From: a virus
DNA length: 64,000 nt
Direction: 5' to 3' (one strand)
IMG/VR virus record: IMGVR_UViG_3300030107_007542
Location: 64,001 to 128,000 of that record
The position numbers were made by a program, and so were the translations under genes. The notes beneath the pieces are model-generated. The model was not told where the DNA came from, ran no database searches, and worked only from the letters and a program-made list of their open reading frames with translations. This document shows, one piece after another, positions 7,499-16,460 of the stretch (within the stretch, counting starts at the first letter, position 1; every line of letters starts with the position of its first letter).

Positions 7499-8434
7499 CT
7501 ATAATGACATTGTAAGTGTCAACAATAAATAGTTGTCAGGTGTAATAAGGGTCGCTTTTTGCAGGCATTTTTGGAATTGCTCCCTGCTCATTGATCCAAC
7601 ATCTTCATTATCGCCAATATCAACCTTCCAAACCTCGATATCAAACTCCAGTAAAGTCTTGATAATCTCAAGTTCTTTTTTCTTTGCATCCGGGTCGAGA
7701 GCGACGTAAACTCCTGCATCCTCTTTTACGATCTTGCGCAACAAAACAGAGTTCTGGCTTAACGTAGAGCCAAGAATAGGTACGGCATTCCGGCCTGCGG
7801 TGATCGCATCAAAAACTCCTTCAACCAAAACGATATCGGAAGTCCAATCCACGAAGAGATCGTTAAAGATAATGTTTTTACTCGCGGGAGGATTTTTGTA
7901 TTTAGGGTAAAACTTGCGATCATATGAGCGGGAAACAAAATAATTCAAATCACCGTCTTCATCGAACGAAGGAATAATGATACGACCTTCATACTCGCCG
8001 CTGGCACAGTATCCCATTTTCCACCATATAATATCCTGCTTGTCGGTACCGCGCTTTCGCAAATAATTACGCGCTGCGAACCCGGTAGGTGGAACATCCC
8101 GGTTAGCCAAAGACACGAACCCCGGGGGCATTTCAAGTACTTGCTTTTCTTCTACTTTTTCCGAAAAAAAGTCTTCGAGCTTGTCGTACTCAACAACATC
8201 CGTAAACTCTCGCCACTGCGCTTTATCATGTACGGAACCAAAGCGGCGAACAACACGATAGATATTTTTACCACGCGTGTCGCATACCCAGCACTTGTAG
8301 TAGCCCTTAGCCACATTAACAGAAAATTTACGCTTATGATGCTCGCAATAAGGACAAGTAAATAAATATTCATTATTGGATCTATAAAAAGGTCCAAGAA
8401 CATTAGTTAGAATTCTGAGTTTCTTGTCTTTCAC
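7499..8434 (-). CDS. DNA primase (Zn-finger + TOPRIM), T4 gp61/DnaG-like
   Basis: CPYCEHH...CWVC zinc-binding domain, GRIIIPSFD, TOPRIM motifs LVEGVFDAI and ALDPD. Probable GTG start at 8434 (the ORF track extends to 8455). Confidence 0.88.
   Translation of the reverse strand: MKDKKLRILTNVLGPFYRSNNEYLFTCPYCEHHKRKFSVNVAKGYYKCWVCDTRGKNIYRVVRRFGSVHDKAQWREFTDVVEYDKLEDFFSEKVEEKQVLEMPPGFVSLANRDVPPTGFAARNYLRKRGTDKQDIIWWKMGYCASGEYEGRIIIPSFDEDGDLNYFVSRSYDRKFYPKYKNPPASKNIIFNDLFVDWTSDIVLVEGVFDAITAGRNAVPILGSTLSQNSVLLRKIVKEDAGVYVALDPDAKKKELEIIKTLLEFDIEVWKVDIGDNEDVGSMSREQFQKCLQKATLITPDNYLLLTLTMSL
7526..7533 (-). promoter_or_regulatory. Candidate late-promoter motif ACTATTTA
   Basis: In the primase 3' end, 41 nt upstream of the 46-aa ORF that heads the internal-protein cluster. 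Confidence 0.3.
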
Positions 8435-8936
8435 GTATCCAGCCTGCCCTAGCAATCACATAGCTATCCGACCGGTCAGCGTAACCAGGTCTTGGATTTC
8501 CATGCCTAGTGTATTCTACCTCAAAGTCAGGAACGTTGTCAACAACAAATTGCAAAGAAACGGCTTTTGCTTTCTGTCCCTTGGGAACTTTAATCCCACA
8601 CAACTTGCGAGCAGAAGTGGCTGCAACAAACTGAGGTTCTGCTCCAAAAAGATTATAGCATATCCATGACACAATGCCATTAATTTTTGATAACAGCGAC
8701 AAAGTCTGCGCGGAAGAAAACCCCGAACGAAAAGACTGCAAGGATTGCTCCACATAAACATGTTCTATAAAATATGTGTTACGGATCCTGGCAAGGTGAC
8801 CCTCAATGGAAGCACATTTTTGAAAAAAATTCTTCTCTTTTCGTAAGTCGATGTGGTCACACTCTACGATTTGACCATCATTGTCCACAATAGTATATCC
8901 CGTAATACTTGTGGATATATCGAGTCCTAAAATCAT
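8403..8936 (-). CDS. RuvC-like Holliday junction resolvase
   Basis: RNase H-fold acidic motifs ILGLDISTSITG, VYVEQ and DRSDSYVIA. Confidence 0.8.
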   Translation of the reverse strand: MILGLDISTSITGYTIVDNDGQIVECDHIDLRKEKNFFQKCASIEGHLARIRNTYFIEHVYVEQSLQSFRSGFSSAQTLSLLSKINGIVSWICYNLFGAEPQFVAATSARKLCGIKVPKGQKAKAVSLQFVVDNVPDFEVEYTRHGNPRPGYADRSDSYVIARAGWIRERQETQNSN

Positions 8937-10234
8937 TAAATATCGATTTTGAGTTTGAACGTAAAATCTCTTGCCGCAGTCTTCTTGACTGGAGTGGCAG
9001 GCTTTGCAATTGCAATTAGATTTTCGTTCTCGTCATAAATCCCAATCTTCGAAACATAGGTTGTCTTTTCAAACGAACCTGTGGGATCATTATATGACGA
9101 TGAGACAATATTTTTAATGGCTCTTTTCGTATCTTGCAAATAAGAAGTCGATCCGGTCAACACATGACTGGCTGTAGAGAACTGAAGATATGTAGGGTTA
9201 TTGGAGTGATTCAGCTGTCCTTTGGGAAGTGTGGCGAACATGGTTAGAGATTGAATTGGCTGAGTGCCACTCATCTCTATTGTAAAAGAACTCTTCGGGG
9301 GCGCAACTCCGGTCTCCTGGGCACCTGCTGCAAAATAAGTCCAGGCAGGACTCAGGGCGGCGCCGCCAGTATAAGTATCAGTGCACGCATCGCCGCCAGT
9401 TCCTGCATCCGGGGCAAGGTTGTAAGCGCCTGTTAAAATTAACATCCCTTCGTTATAAAGTGCAAGACCAATAACCGTACCGGTTCGAGGGCCAGACGTT
9501 TCATACAGCAAACCATTTTGTGCAGTATCTTGGGCTCGGGCAATCAAAGTCCCTGTAAAATAGAACTTAAGATCGATTGTTCCCTTTTTGATGTTCTTTC
9601 CATAAAAAATGCTGGGAACACTTATGAGGCCAAGGTCTATACTGTTAAAGTTTCGAGAGCTATTAGAGTAAGCGAATTCCGGACTTATATAGTTATAATA
9701 ATTTATAGTGTTTTTAAGTGCTAAAATACGCGTCACTGAGGCTGCGGCGTTCACCGCGATTCCAGTGCCGGATGTCTTTTCAAAGGTAGCTTCTGTATAG
9801 CGTGCGGTGGCCGCGGCATAATAAGTCTTTTTGATGGACGCGGTCAAAGGATACGACCCATACATAATGTCACCAGGGCTTGTGCTATTAAAATTAGCCT
9901 TAGTGGTAGTGCGGAAACTCATGCGCGAGCCGTCTTTGGAAATCCATGGACGAATCAACTTATTATTTAAAACATCGTTCGGACCAAAAGTGCGAGGCGT
10001 CGGGTCAGCATCAGGGTCGGCCGAACTGCTCTCTTGACGATCAACATTCAACTCATAGAGGCTTACACCACCTGAACTGAGAAGATTGAGCGAACTTGTG
10101 AGTGAACCGAAAGCATTGGGGGCATCATTATAGAATGCGCCACCATCAAATATCGTAAATTTTACTTCAGGATAAGTCTTGATCGTGTTGACGTATACAT
10201 CATTTGATTTAAACTTATGAAAAAAGAGGGCCAT
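8936..10234 (-). CDS. Tail/baseplate-associated structural protein (paralogue of 10243..11391)
   Basis: C-terminus NPTY...IGIYDENENLIAIAKPATPVKK...FTFKLKIDI resembles the tail-collar-fibre C-terminal motif; located in the baseplate operon. Confidence 0.55.
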   Translation of the reverse strand: MALFFHKFKSNDVYVNTIKTYPEVKFTIFDGGAFYNDAPNAFGSLTSSLNLLSSGGVSLYELNVDRQESSSADPDADPTPRTFGPNDVLNNKLIRPWISKDGSRMSFRTTTKANFNSTSPGDIMYGSYPLTASIKKTYYAAATARYTEATFEKTSGTGIAVNAAASVTRILALKNTINYYNYISPEFAYSNSSRNFNSIDLGLISVPSIFYGKNIKKGTIDLKFYFTGTLIARAQDTAQNGLLYETSGPRTGTVIGLALYNEGMLILTGAYNLAPDAGTGGDACTDTYTGGAALSPAWTYFAAGAQETGVAPPKSSFTIEMSGTQPIQSLTMFATLPKGQLNHSNNPTYLQFSTASHVLTGSTSYLQDTKRAIKNIVSSSYNDPTGSFEKTTYVSKIGIYDENENLIAIAKPATPVKKTAARDFTFKLKIDI

Positions 10235-10242
10235 CCCATGTC

Positions 10243-11391
10243 CTAGTAATCCAAACGCACCCTAACCGTAAATTCATTCGACGGGTCCTTCTTCATTGGC
10301 TCTGAAAGCTTGGCAACAGCCAACAGTTCATTGTCGGGCGAATACAGGCCTACAGAGGTTGCATATGATACCGGGGTATCTTGAGAGTTGTTCTTCACAA
10401 CCAACTTACTTGCGCTCAAGTAGGTGGGGTTGGAAGAGTAGTTAAACTCGTTATGATTGGCCCGGCAGAAATAAATAGTAGAATTCAGCTCGGTTGTGTT
10501 GTTGAACTGAATGTTATAAATACGATGACGGAAGATGTCACACGCACCTGAAATTGCCGATGCACTAAGAGCCCCTGTAATATCGTTTGACGCGCTTACC
10601 ATCGGAAGGAGCGGCCCGGCGCCATTAGGCGACAACTGTGTTCCCGAGATGGACGATGATAAAAGGCCTAGACCGCTGTTGTTAAAGTTGGTCTTGGGAA
10701 GGGTATCGTAAGATCCAGAAAAGATAGAGGCCGTTACAACGACAATACCAGCCTGGTAAAAAATCAGGCCCGCTTTGGTCTGCATGTTTGTGTCAGCATT
10801 CTTGAGCGGTGTTCCCGAAGAATTGTTGGCATAAAGGATGCCATACTCGCCCGCTGGGGAGTTCACCTTATACTGCGTAGCTCCACTAATGTCTTGAAGT
10901 GTAATGCGTGTACCGAATGGATTTGCGACCGAAGCGCTAACACCAAGTTCCAAGGTAAAGCTTCCCTTTTTGATTTCATCCTTCTGAAGCAATCTGGTGA
11001 AATTCAGGAAGAATCCCGCGGTGATCTTTGTACCTCCGGTGAGGTCTCCGTCTTCGTCAAATTGTCGAACCGATCCTGTTTCATCGAAACCAACAACAAC
11101 CTGAGCCAACTCGTTGTAAATATTTTGCTTTTTAGCGTTGTTGAGGAATCCAGACCCAGAAAGATTCGAGCCGGAAGCAAAACCAAATGTTAGATCCATG
11201 ATATGATTTGCCGATGAACTTAAGTAAGGGTAATCATAAACTGATTGGAATATTCCATGAGAATAATTCTTAATATTGAGGTCATTATACGTGCCAGAGA
11301 CAATTGTTCCTGTCACAGGGATTGCTTCGTGAAGCATGGTTCTAGTTGAAACAACGTCTTTGGAGCGTAAAGTCTTAAATGTAGTAGCCAT
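10243..11391 (-). CDS. Tail/baseplate-associated structural protein (paralogue of 8936..10234)
   Basis: Shares N-terminal MAxxFxxLxSxDV, IKKGS/T, GLIFYQAG and C-terminal NPTY...VGLYSPDNELLAVAKLSEPMKK...FTVRVRLDY with its neighbour. Confidence 0.55.
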   Translation of the reverse strand: MATTFKTLRSKDVVSTRTMLHEAIPVTGTIVSGTYNDLNIKNYSHGIFQSVYDYPYLSSSANHIMDLTFGFASGSNLSGSGFLNNAKKQNIYNELAQVVVGFDETGSVRQFDEDGDLTGGTKITAGFFLNFTRLLQKDEIKKGSFTLELGVSASVANPFGTRITLQDISGATQYKVNSPAGEYGILYANNSSGTPLKNADTNMQTKAGLIFYQAGIVVVTASIFSGSYDTLPKTNFNNSGLGLLSSSISGTQLSPNGAGPLLPMVSASNDITGALSASAISGACDIFRHRIYNIQFNNTTELNSTIYFCRANHNEFNYSSNPTYLSASKLVVKNNSQDTPVSYATSVGLYSPDNELLAVAKLSEPMKKDPSNEFTVRVRLDY

Positions 11392-11403
11392 CTTTTATCC
11401 TTC

Positions 11404-12357
11404 TTAGGTCGATCTCACGAATCGAATGGGAATGTCAATTCGGTAGCCTGTGTTAACACCCGTCACTCGAACTGTCGTGTCAATGAAACGATATGCGCCG
11501 GATGAAAGGTTTGTCCCGGCATCGTTCGACAAGGCTGCAGTTGCAAGCGTACCCAGCTGTGTGAATAAATAGTCGCTGGTGCGAAGTTCGAGACTCGACA
11601 TGATTCTAAGTCCCAACTTGGTGCCGCGAGGGCCGGCGATGGAAGAATCTTCCGTTCCTCCCAAATTGGCCACGAAGCCGTTCGTATTGCGCAATGTAAA
11701 GTAGTACGAAGCAATATTGTCATCATCGATAAAGGAAGGCGTGGCGGCCGGAGTCTGAGTATCGGTCTCCAGAACCGTGTTTGAAACGCCTCCCGGCGGA
11801 GGGAAGATTGCGCCGAAGCGATTATCGATTTCAACAATATATGCTGTTTCCACCAGATCTCGGGCAAGAGGCTCTTCGTTCGAAAGTTCTGTAGTGTCAA
11901 GACCCTGATGGACTTCAACACGAGAAACGTCATCGTTCGGCTTAAAACCGTTCAGAATACCTGTACCAGGAGTGACCAGGGTATCTACAGTGTTCTTATC
12001 AACCGCCACGTTGAAGGCGCCATTAGCATTCTTGGCCGAGCCTTTTCCGGCGGTGGTGTAAAGTTCAAGAACCGGAAGGTATAAAATATCATTACGATTG
12101 ATCGATATCAATTTCGACTTCATGGTTGAAGTATTATTAGTGAAGGCCTCTAAAATGGGAGTCTGAAGCACGGTCAAATCGTAGTACGCAGACCCACTAG
12201 TATTATTTTTATCATATAGCCCGTAGTCAATTTCATCGTCGCCCAAGGCGAACTTGGAAATCTTGAAACTGCCGTCTCCCTTGGCTAGTCTCATCCTTCC
12301 GGTATCAGTTAAAACGGCATCAAGTATGATGTCGCCATCGTTTTGCAAGAATCCCAT
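11404..12357 (-). CDS. Tail-associated structural protein
   Basis: N-terminal DAVLTDTGRMRLAKGDGSFKISKFALGDDEIDY resembles the tail-collar-fibre N-terminal motif; strong SD AGGAGAGG. Confidence 0.5.
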   Translation of the reverse strand: MGFLQNDGDIILDAVLTDTGRMRLAKGDGSFKISKFALGDDEIDYGLYDKNNTSGSAYYDLTVLQTPILEAFTNNTSTMKSKLISINRNDILYLPVLELYTTAGKGSAKNANGAFNVAVDKNTVDTLVTPGTGILNGFKPNDDVSRVEVHQGLDTTELSNEEPLARDLVETAYIVEIDNRFGAIFPPPGGVSNTVLETDTQTPAATPSFIDDDNIASYYFTLRNTNGFVANLGGTEDSSIAGPRGTKLGLRIMSSLELRTSDYLFTQLGTLATAALSNDAGTNLSSGAYRFIDTTVRVTGVNTGYRIDIPIRFVRST

Positions 12358-12374
12358 ATCTTTTCCTCTCCTAT

Positions 12375-12382
12375 TAAATAGT
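12375..12382 (-). promoter_or_regulatory. Candidate late-promoter motif ACTATTTA
   Basis: Intergenic, 17 nt upstream of ATG 12357 with the SD in between. Confidence 0.4.
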
Positions 12383-12401
12383 TACGAAATACTAATTGTT
12401 C

Positions 12402-13733
12402 CTATGGATTAGTAACTCCCGTATTTTTCACAGTGATGTTCAAATCAAACTTCTTTCCAGTTTTAGCGCTGGTCACTCTAATTTTAAATTTCTTTTGCCA
12501 GACAGACTCTCCGTCTTCTTCTAGATATCCTAACACATTTGAAGGCGGTAAATTAGTTAATTTTATATTTTGTGGCCTATCTTGTACCTCATTTGATCCA
12601 TTAAACGCAGTCCTATTAAAGACTGACTGTTGCAAGGCGGGGGCAACATAAAGAAAGCGGCGCCCGGGCAGCACAACATTTTTTGGTGGAGGAGTGTCCA
12701 TATTTACCACCTTAAGTGTATAAGATATTTGACCATTATTGTCAATCATCTCAAGTTGAAAAACTTCAGTTGGATTTGAAATGTTTCCATGAATATCAAT
12801 CCCTCTGATGCAATAGTAATATTTTACATTTGGCTGAATTGTACTAACATACGCCGCTGGTGTCGCCGGCTTACCGGGGGCGATAAGCTCACTGACCGTG
12901 GCAATAGGATTTGGGCCAACATTAAAATCCTTATAAGAAGTTGGTTTTGTAGTAGTCCTAAAAATTTGGTATGTGGCCACTGGGTCATCACTTTTATAAT
13001 TTAAGGTGACAGGATTTTCTTCAATATAGGTTCGTACATCTTGCTGGGCCACAGACAATTTAAGCTGTGAATAAAGCTCTTCTGCTAAAAAGGCTGTATC
13101 GGTATCTTTAATTATAATCGGCGCGAGGTCCAAATCACCCATGTTTCCATCGAGCAAGAGAAGCACTTTATTGCTGATTCCCATGAAGGGTACAAAAACA
13201 ACGTCCGGAGCAATAGGGGGTTTATCCGTAACCATTGCCGTGCTTGACCAATACGGAAGGGTGGTGGCCTTCACATTACTATCATTTGTGTAAGTAATAG
13301 TGGCTGCCGGGTAACTGGGCATTTCAGGCTGGAATGTCTTTGAGCCATGTGGGCCCGTGCGAAGTGCAATTCTAAATGTATGTGAAGGCACTTCTTCAAG
13401 TGGATAGATAGGATAAGTCCGACGAAATTCAAACCGAATAACGGCCTGGCCGGCGGTGGGGGCGCTGTACGTTTCGGAAGAAGGAATTAAGGTAGGGACC
13501 ACCTCATAGAGATTCTTCGCATCTCCGTCGCCGTTGGCCCATGATTCTTCGAAAAGATTATTTATCTCGTCTACCATGGCCTGTAAGGTCATATAGTTGC
13601 CTGTGGTCTGACTATCGGACCAACTGCGATGGTCCCATGAGCGCGCCAAAGGACCCGCAGAAAACGAGTTATAAAGAACACCATCAAAATACTCTTCTAT
13701 ATCAAGATACCAGTTAATTGATTTAATTGCCAT
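12402..13733 (-). CDS. Structural protein with FN3/Ig-like beta domain
   Basis: YQIFR...YVSTIQPNVKYYYCIRGIDIHGNISNPT is an FN3-like pattern; located in the tail operon. Confidence 0.45.
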   Translation of the reverse strand: MAIKSINWYLDIEEYFDGVLYNSFSAGPLARSWDHRSWSDSQTTGNYMTLQAMVDEINNLFEESWANGDGDAKNLYEVVPTLIPSSETYSAPTAGQAVIRFEFRRTYPIYPLEEVPSHTFRIALRTGPHGSKTFQPEMPSYPAATITYTNDSNVKATTLPYWSSTAMVTDKPPIAPDVVFVPFMGISNKVLLLLDGNMGDLDLAPIIIKDTDTAFLAEELYSQLKLSVAQQDVRTYIEENPVTLNYKSDDPVATYQIFRTTTKPTSYKDFNVGPNPIATVSELIAPGKPATPAAYVSTIQPNVKYYYCIRGIDIHGNISNPTEVFQLEMIDNNGQISYTLKVVNMDTPPPKNVVLPGRRFLYVAPALQQSVFNRTAFNGSNEVQDRPQNIKLTNLPPSNVLGYLEEDGESVWQKKFKIRVTSAKTGKKFDLNITVKNTGVTNP

Positions 13734-13736
13734 TTC

Positions 13737-13744
13737 TAATTACT
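13737..13744 (-). promoter_or_regulatory. Candidate late-promoter motif AGTAATTA
   Basis: Overlaps the upstream TAA; 3 nt before ATG 13733; no SD. Confidence 0.25.
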
Positions 13745-16460
13745 TTCCAAACCGCATATTCAAACCCGTTGCCCCCTTGGGGCCCGCAAAGTTGGTAGCA
13801 GTGCTGGACTGTTCTTGCGGGGTGGGAGGACCGAGGACCTCTTTAAGTAGCGGATTCATTAGGTTTGTTGCATCTGTTTCACGCGGCTCAGCTACAACGG
13901 AGTCTAACATCTCCCTTACTTGAGTGTCCACTGTATTGTAAATACTGCGCGCAGCTAGTGAACGACTATCTGTTGTGGCAACCGATGACCCCAGAGTCGT
14001 CCCGGGGGCTACTGATCTGGCTCTCTCGCGTACGCGGCGGAGTTCTGCCAAAAGCCCATTTGCTCTAGCGCGATCGCCGCTTTCGAGAATATTCTCAAAA
14101 TTATTCACTATTTGATTAATAGTAGAGTCCAGTGCAGCCTGGCCGCCCGGGGATTCTCCCACTAGAATATCAATAGCCTGGCGATATAAAGTAACAGGAG
14201 ACTGTGATTCTTCGGCTTCTGCCTCGAAGCCGGGGGCCATGGTCGGGCTGAGTGAGTCCTCTGTGACCGGGATTTCAATATTATACCCTGTCATGCCCCC
14301 ATCTAGGCTACCGTCAGTGCCGAAGCCCGCATGAAGGTGAACAATTAAACCTGATAAATCGGCTTTGCCAGCTCGGATAGCCTGATAGTATTTGCCAAGT
14401 GGAGAATTCGGCGCCGAAGCCCGGTTTGCTGGCAATTGATTCTTAACTCTCAGCATCTGTGACATCGGAGCCGGCAATTTAAAGACAAAATGCCCGTGCT
14501 GTACGGTGGCGGGCTTTTGCTCTTGTCCGGGGCTTAAGTACTCATATTCTTGAGACGGGTCAAGTCCGTTGACTGTTATCGGGGCGCCGAGGACATCCTT
14601 TGTAAGATTATAGAACCCTAGGGCATTCCCGAGGGCCCTTCCTTCGCCGATCTTTTTGGCGCCGAAATCAAAATTAACCCCATCATAAGTGTAGCTGTTT
14701 CCAAAGATCATACGTACTTGCTTAACACGGTACTCATATCGCACCCCGTAACGAACTTGGGTATCAAGGTAACGAATAAGATCCCGATGGACCACATCTT
14801 TAGAAACCATAATGGTTTGAAGTACTTCTCCCGGGGAGTCACGATCTGTGCGCACTTCGCGCTTTTCGATAAGATACATTAAAGTCTCGCCGGGTGCTTC
14901 CTGGTTTTCGAACACTTCCTTCAAGGATCGACGTCGGTCTTCTAAAGCATCCTCAAGCTCTTGACTATTGGCTACCTTAATCGCATCTTTCACGTTTAGT
15001 TTAAACAACTCCTCCTTTTCCCATTCCCGAAGAAGTGTATAGTTAGACCCATCTGCCAATTCCTCTTTAGATTCGTTGTACACATCAAGCAAATAATCCA
15101 GCTCTCGATTCCTTAGCGCTTCTAGAAAAAGATCTAAATCACAAACGACTTCGCTATCCTGAGCCATTGAGACAAATTCAGATTTTGTGTCTCCGTTGAC
15201 TCCGGTGGCTTGAGTAACTAGGCCATCATATGAAGTGGACTCTACAGCTCCAGAGCGCATATTCTCCATAATGTAAAGTTGCATAAAAACAATAAAACTG
15301 CGCACATGATCGGCGTTGAGCTTTGAAGCAAAAAGAGAAGTAAAAAAGGAGTGAGCGGCAGGCTTGGCCCCAATTCCAAATACGTCATCTCGATCGAATC
15401 CAATGATCACTTCATTATAAAAAGGATAAAAGGCAGTAGACTTAAGATCATCCGACGTGTCGTTGGGGGTGCCCCGATCATCTCGAACATTATATTTTTT
15501 CAAAATATCCAAATCAGGATAAAGAATTGCGATGTTTTTAAATCGGCTTTCAAAATCCTCTTTAATGGAAGTAATATCTCCACTTTGAACCACAGCATCC
15601 ATGGCTTCAGAAAACTGCTGGTAATATGCTTTTCCAGATTCAGGACTTGTTTGGGTTTGATCCAAAAACCACACATCGAGTTCGGGCCCATCATAAAATT
15701 CTCCCGCTTTATTGAGAGTAAGCTGATCTGTGTAATTTACACTGGCCGTATTGATCATGTCCGATTCTAGCATATAGAGGTTGGGAAGTAGCAGCTCGCT
15801 GCCGCGGCCGGCGGATTCTACCACGGCTTCGTATGGCGGCATCGTATCCAAGTAAAAATTATAAAAAGAGTTGACGGCAACATTATAGTTGCTCCTCTCT
15901 AGAGCGCTAGCGTCGGTTGGAGGCATGCGATATAAAGTTACATGATCAGTAAACTCCGATGCCATCTCCAGGAGCGGAAGGACCGCAAGCCTCTGCTTCC
16001 GTTCACGCAAATAATACTTTTTATAATATGATGTTTGGCCAAGATTTCCCGCCAAATAGTGATAAAAATTGGGATCTCCACTAATAGCTTTAGTTGCCGG
16101 CTTGGCCAGATAGTTACGTAACTTCGCTTTATTAGCCTTGATTGCTTCATTCCAATTTTCATTGTCAAAATAAACTGTAAAAGAAGAATTAGTAAACCTA
16201 TGATCACCAGCCAGCTTTAAAGGTCGATAAATCTGCTTAGACCAATAAGGATGAAGACTATAATTAATCAGATTGTCACCGCCATCCTGAGAGCTTTTTG
16301 CTGTATAGTATCCTTGGGCTCCTCGAAAATTGTCTACGGTGCCCCACTCAGATCGTGCCAGAGGATGAAGATAGTAGTCTGTTTCTTTCTTGGTCTTGCG
16401 ATCCAGGATCCCTCTGGCTCCCGCATCAACTAAGAAGATAGAATTCTGATATGCGCCCAT
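13740..16460 (-). CDS. Large virion-associated protein (906 aa) with FN3-like segment
   Basis: YLIEKREV...RYLDTQVRYGVRYEYRV FN3-like motif; low-complexity helical C-terminus; operon context. Confidence 0.4.
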   Translation of the reverse strand: MGAYQNSIFLVDAGARGILDRKTKKETDYYLHPLARSEWGTVDNFRGAQGYYTAKSSQDGGDNLINYSLHPYWSKQIYRPLKLAGDHRFTNSSFTVYFDNENWNEAIKANKAKLRNYLAKPATKAISGDPNFYHYLAGNLGQTSYYKKYYLRERKQRLAVLPLLEMASEFTDHVTLYRMPPTDASALERSNYNVAVNSFYNFYLDTMPPYEAVVESAGRGSELLLPNLYMLESDMINTASVNYTDQLTLNKAGEFYDGPELDVWFLDQTQTSPESGKAYYQQFSEAMDAVVQSGDITSIKEDFESRFKNIAILYPDLDILKKYNVRDDRGTPNDTSDDLKSTAFYPFYNEVIIGFDRDDVFGIGAKPAAHSFFTSLFASKLNADHVRSFIVFMQLYIMENMRSGAVESTSYDGLVTQATGVNGDTKSEFVSMAQDSEVVCDLDLFLEALRNRELDYLLDVYNESKEELADGSNYTLLREWEKEELFKLNVKDAIKVANSQELEDALEDRRRSLKEVFENQEAPGETLMYLIEKREVRTDRDSPGEVLQTIMVSKDVVHRDLIRYLDTQVRYGVRYEYRVKQVRMIFGNSYTYDGVNFDFGAKKIGEGRALGNALGFYNLTKDVLGAPITVNGLDPSQEYEYLSPGQEQKPATVQHGHFVFKLPAPMSQMLRVKNQLPANRASAPNSPLGKYYQAIRAGKADLSGLIVHLHAGFGTDGSLDGGMTGYNIEIPVTEDSLSPTMAPGFEAEAEESQSPVTLYRQAIDILVGESPGGQAALDSTINQIVNNFENILESGDRARANGLLAELRRVRERARSVAPGTTLGSSVATTDSRSLAARSIYNTVDTQVREMLDSVVAEPRETDATNLMNPLLKEVLGPPTPQEQSSTATNFAGPKGATGLNMRFGK

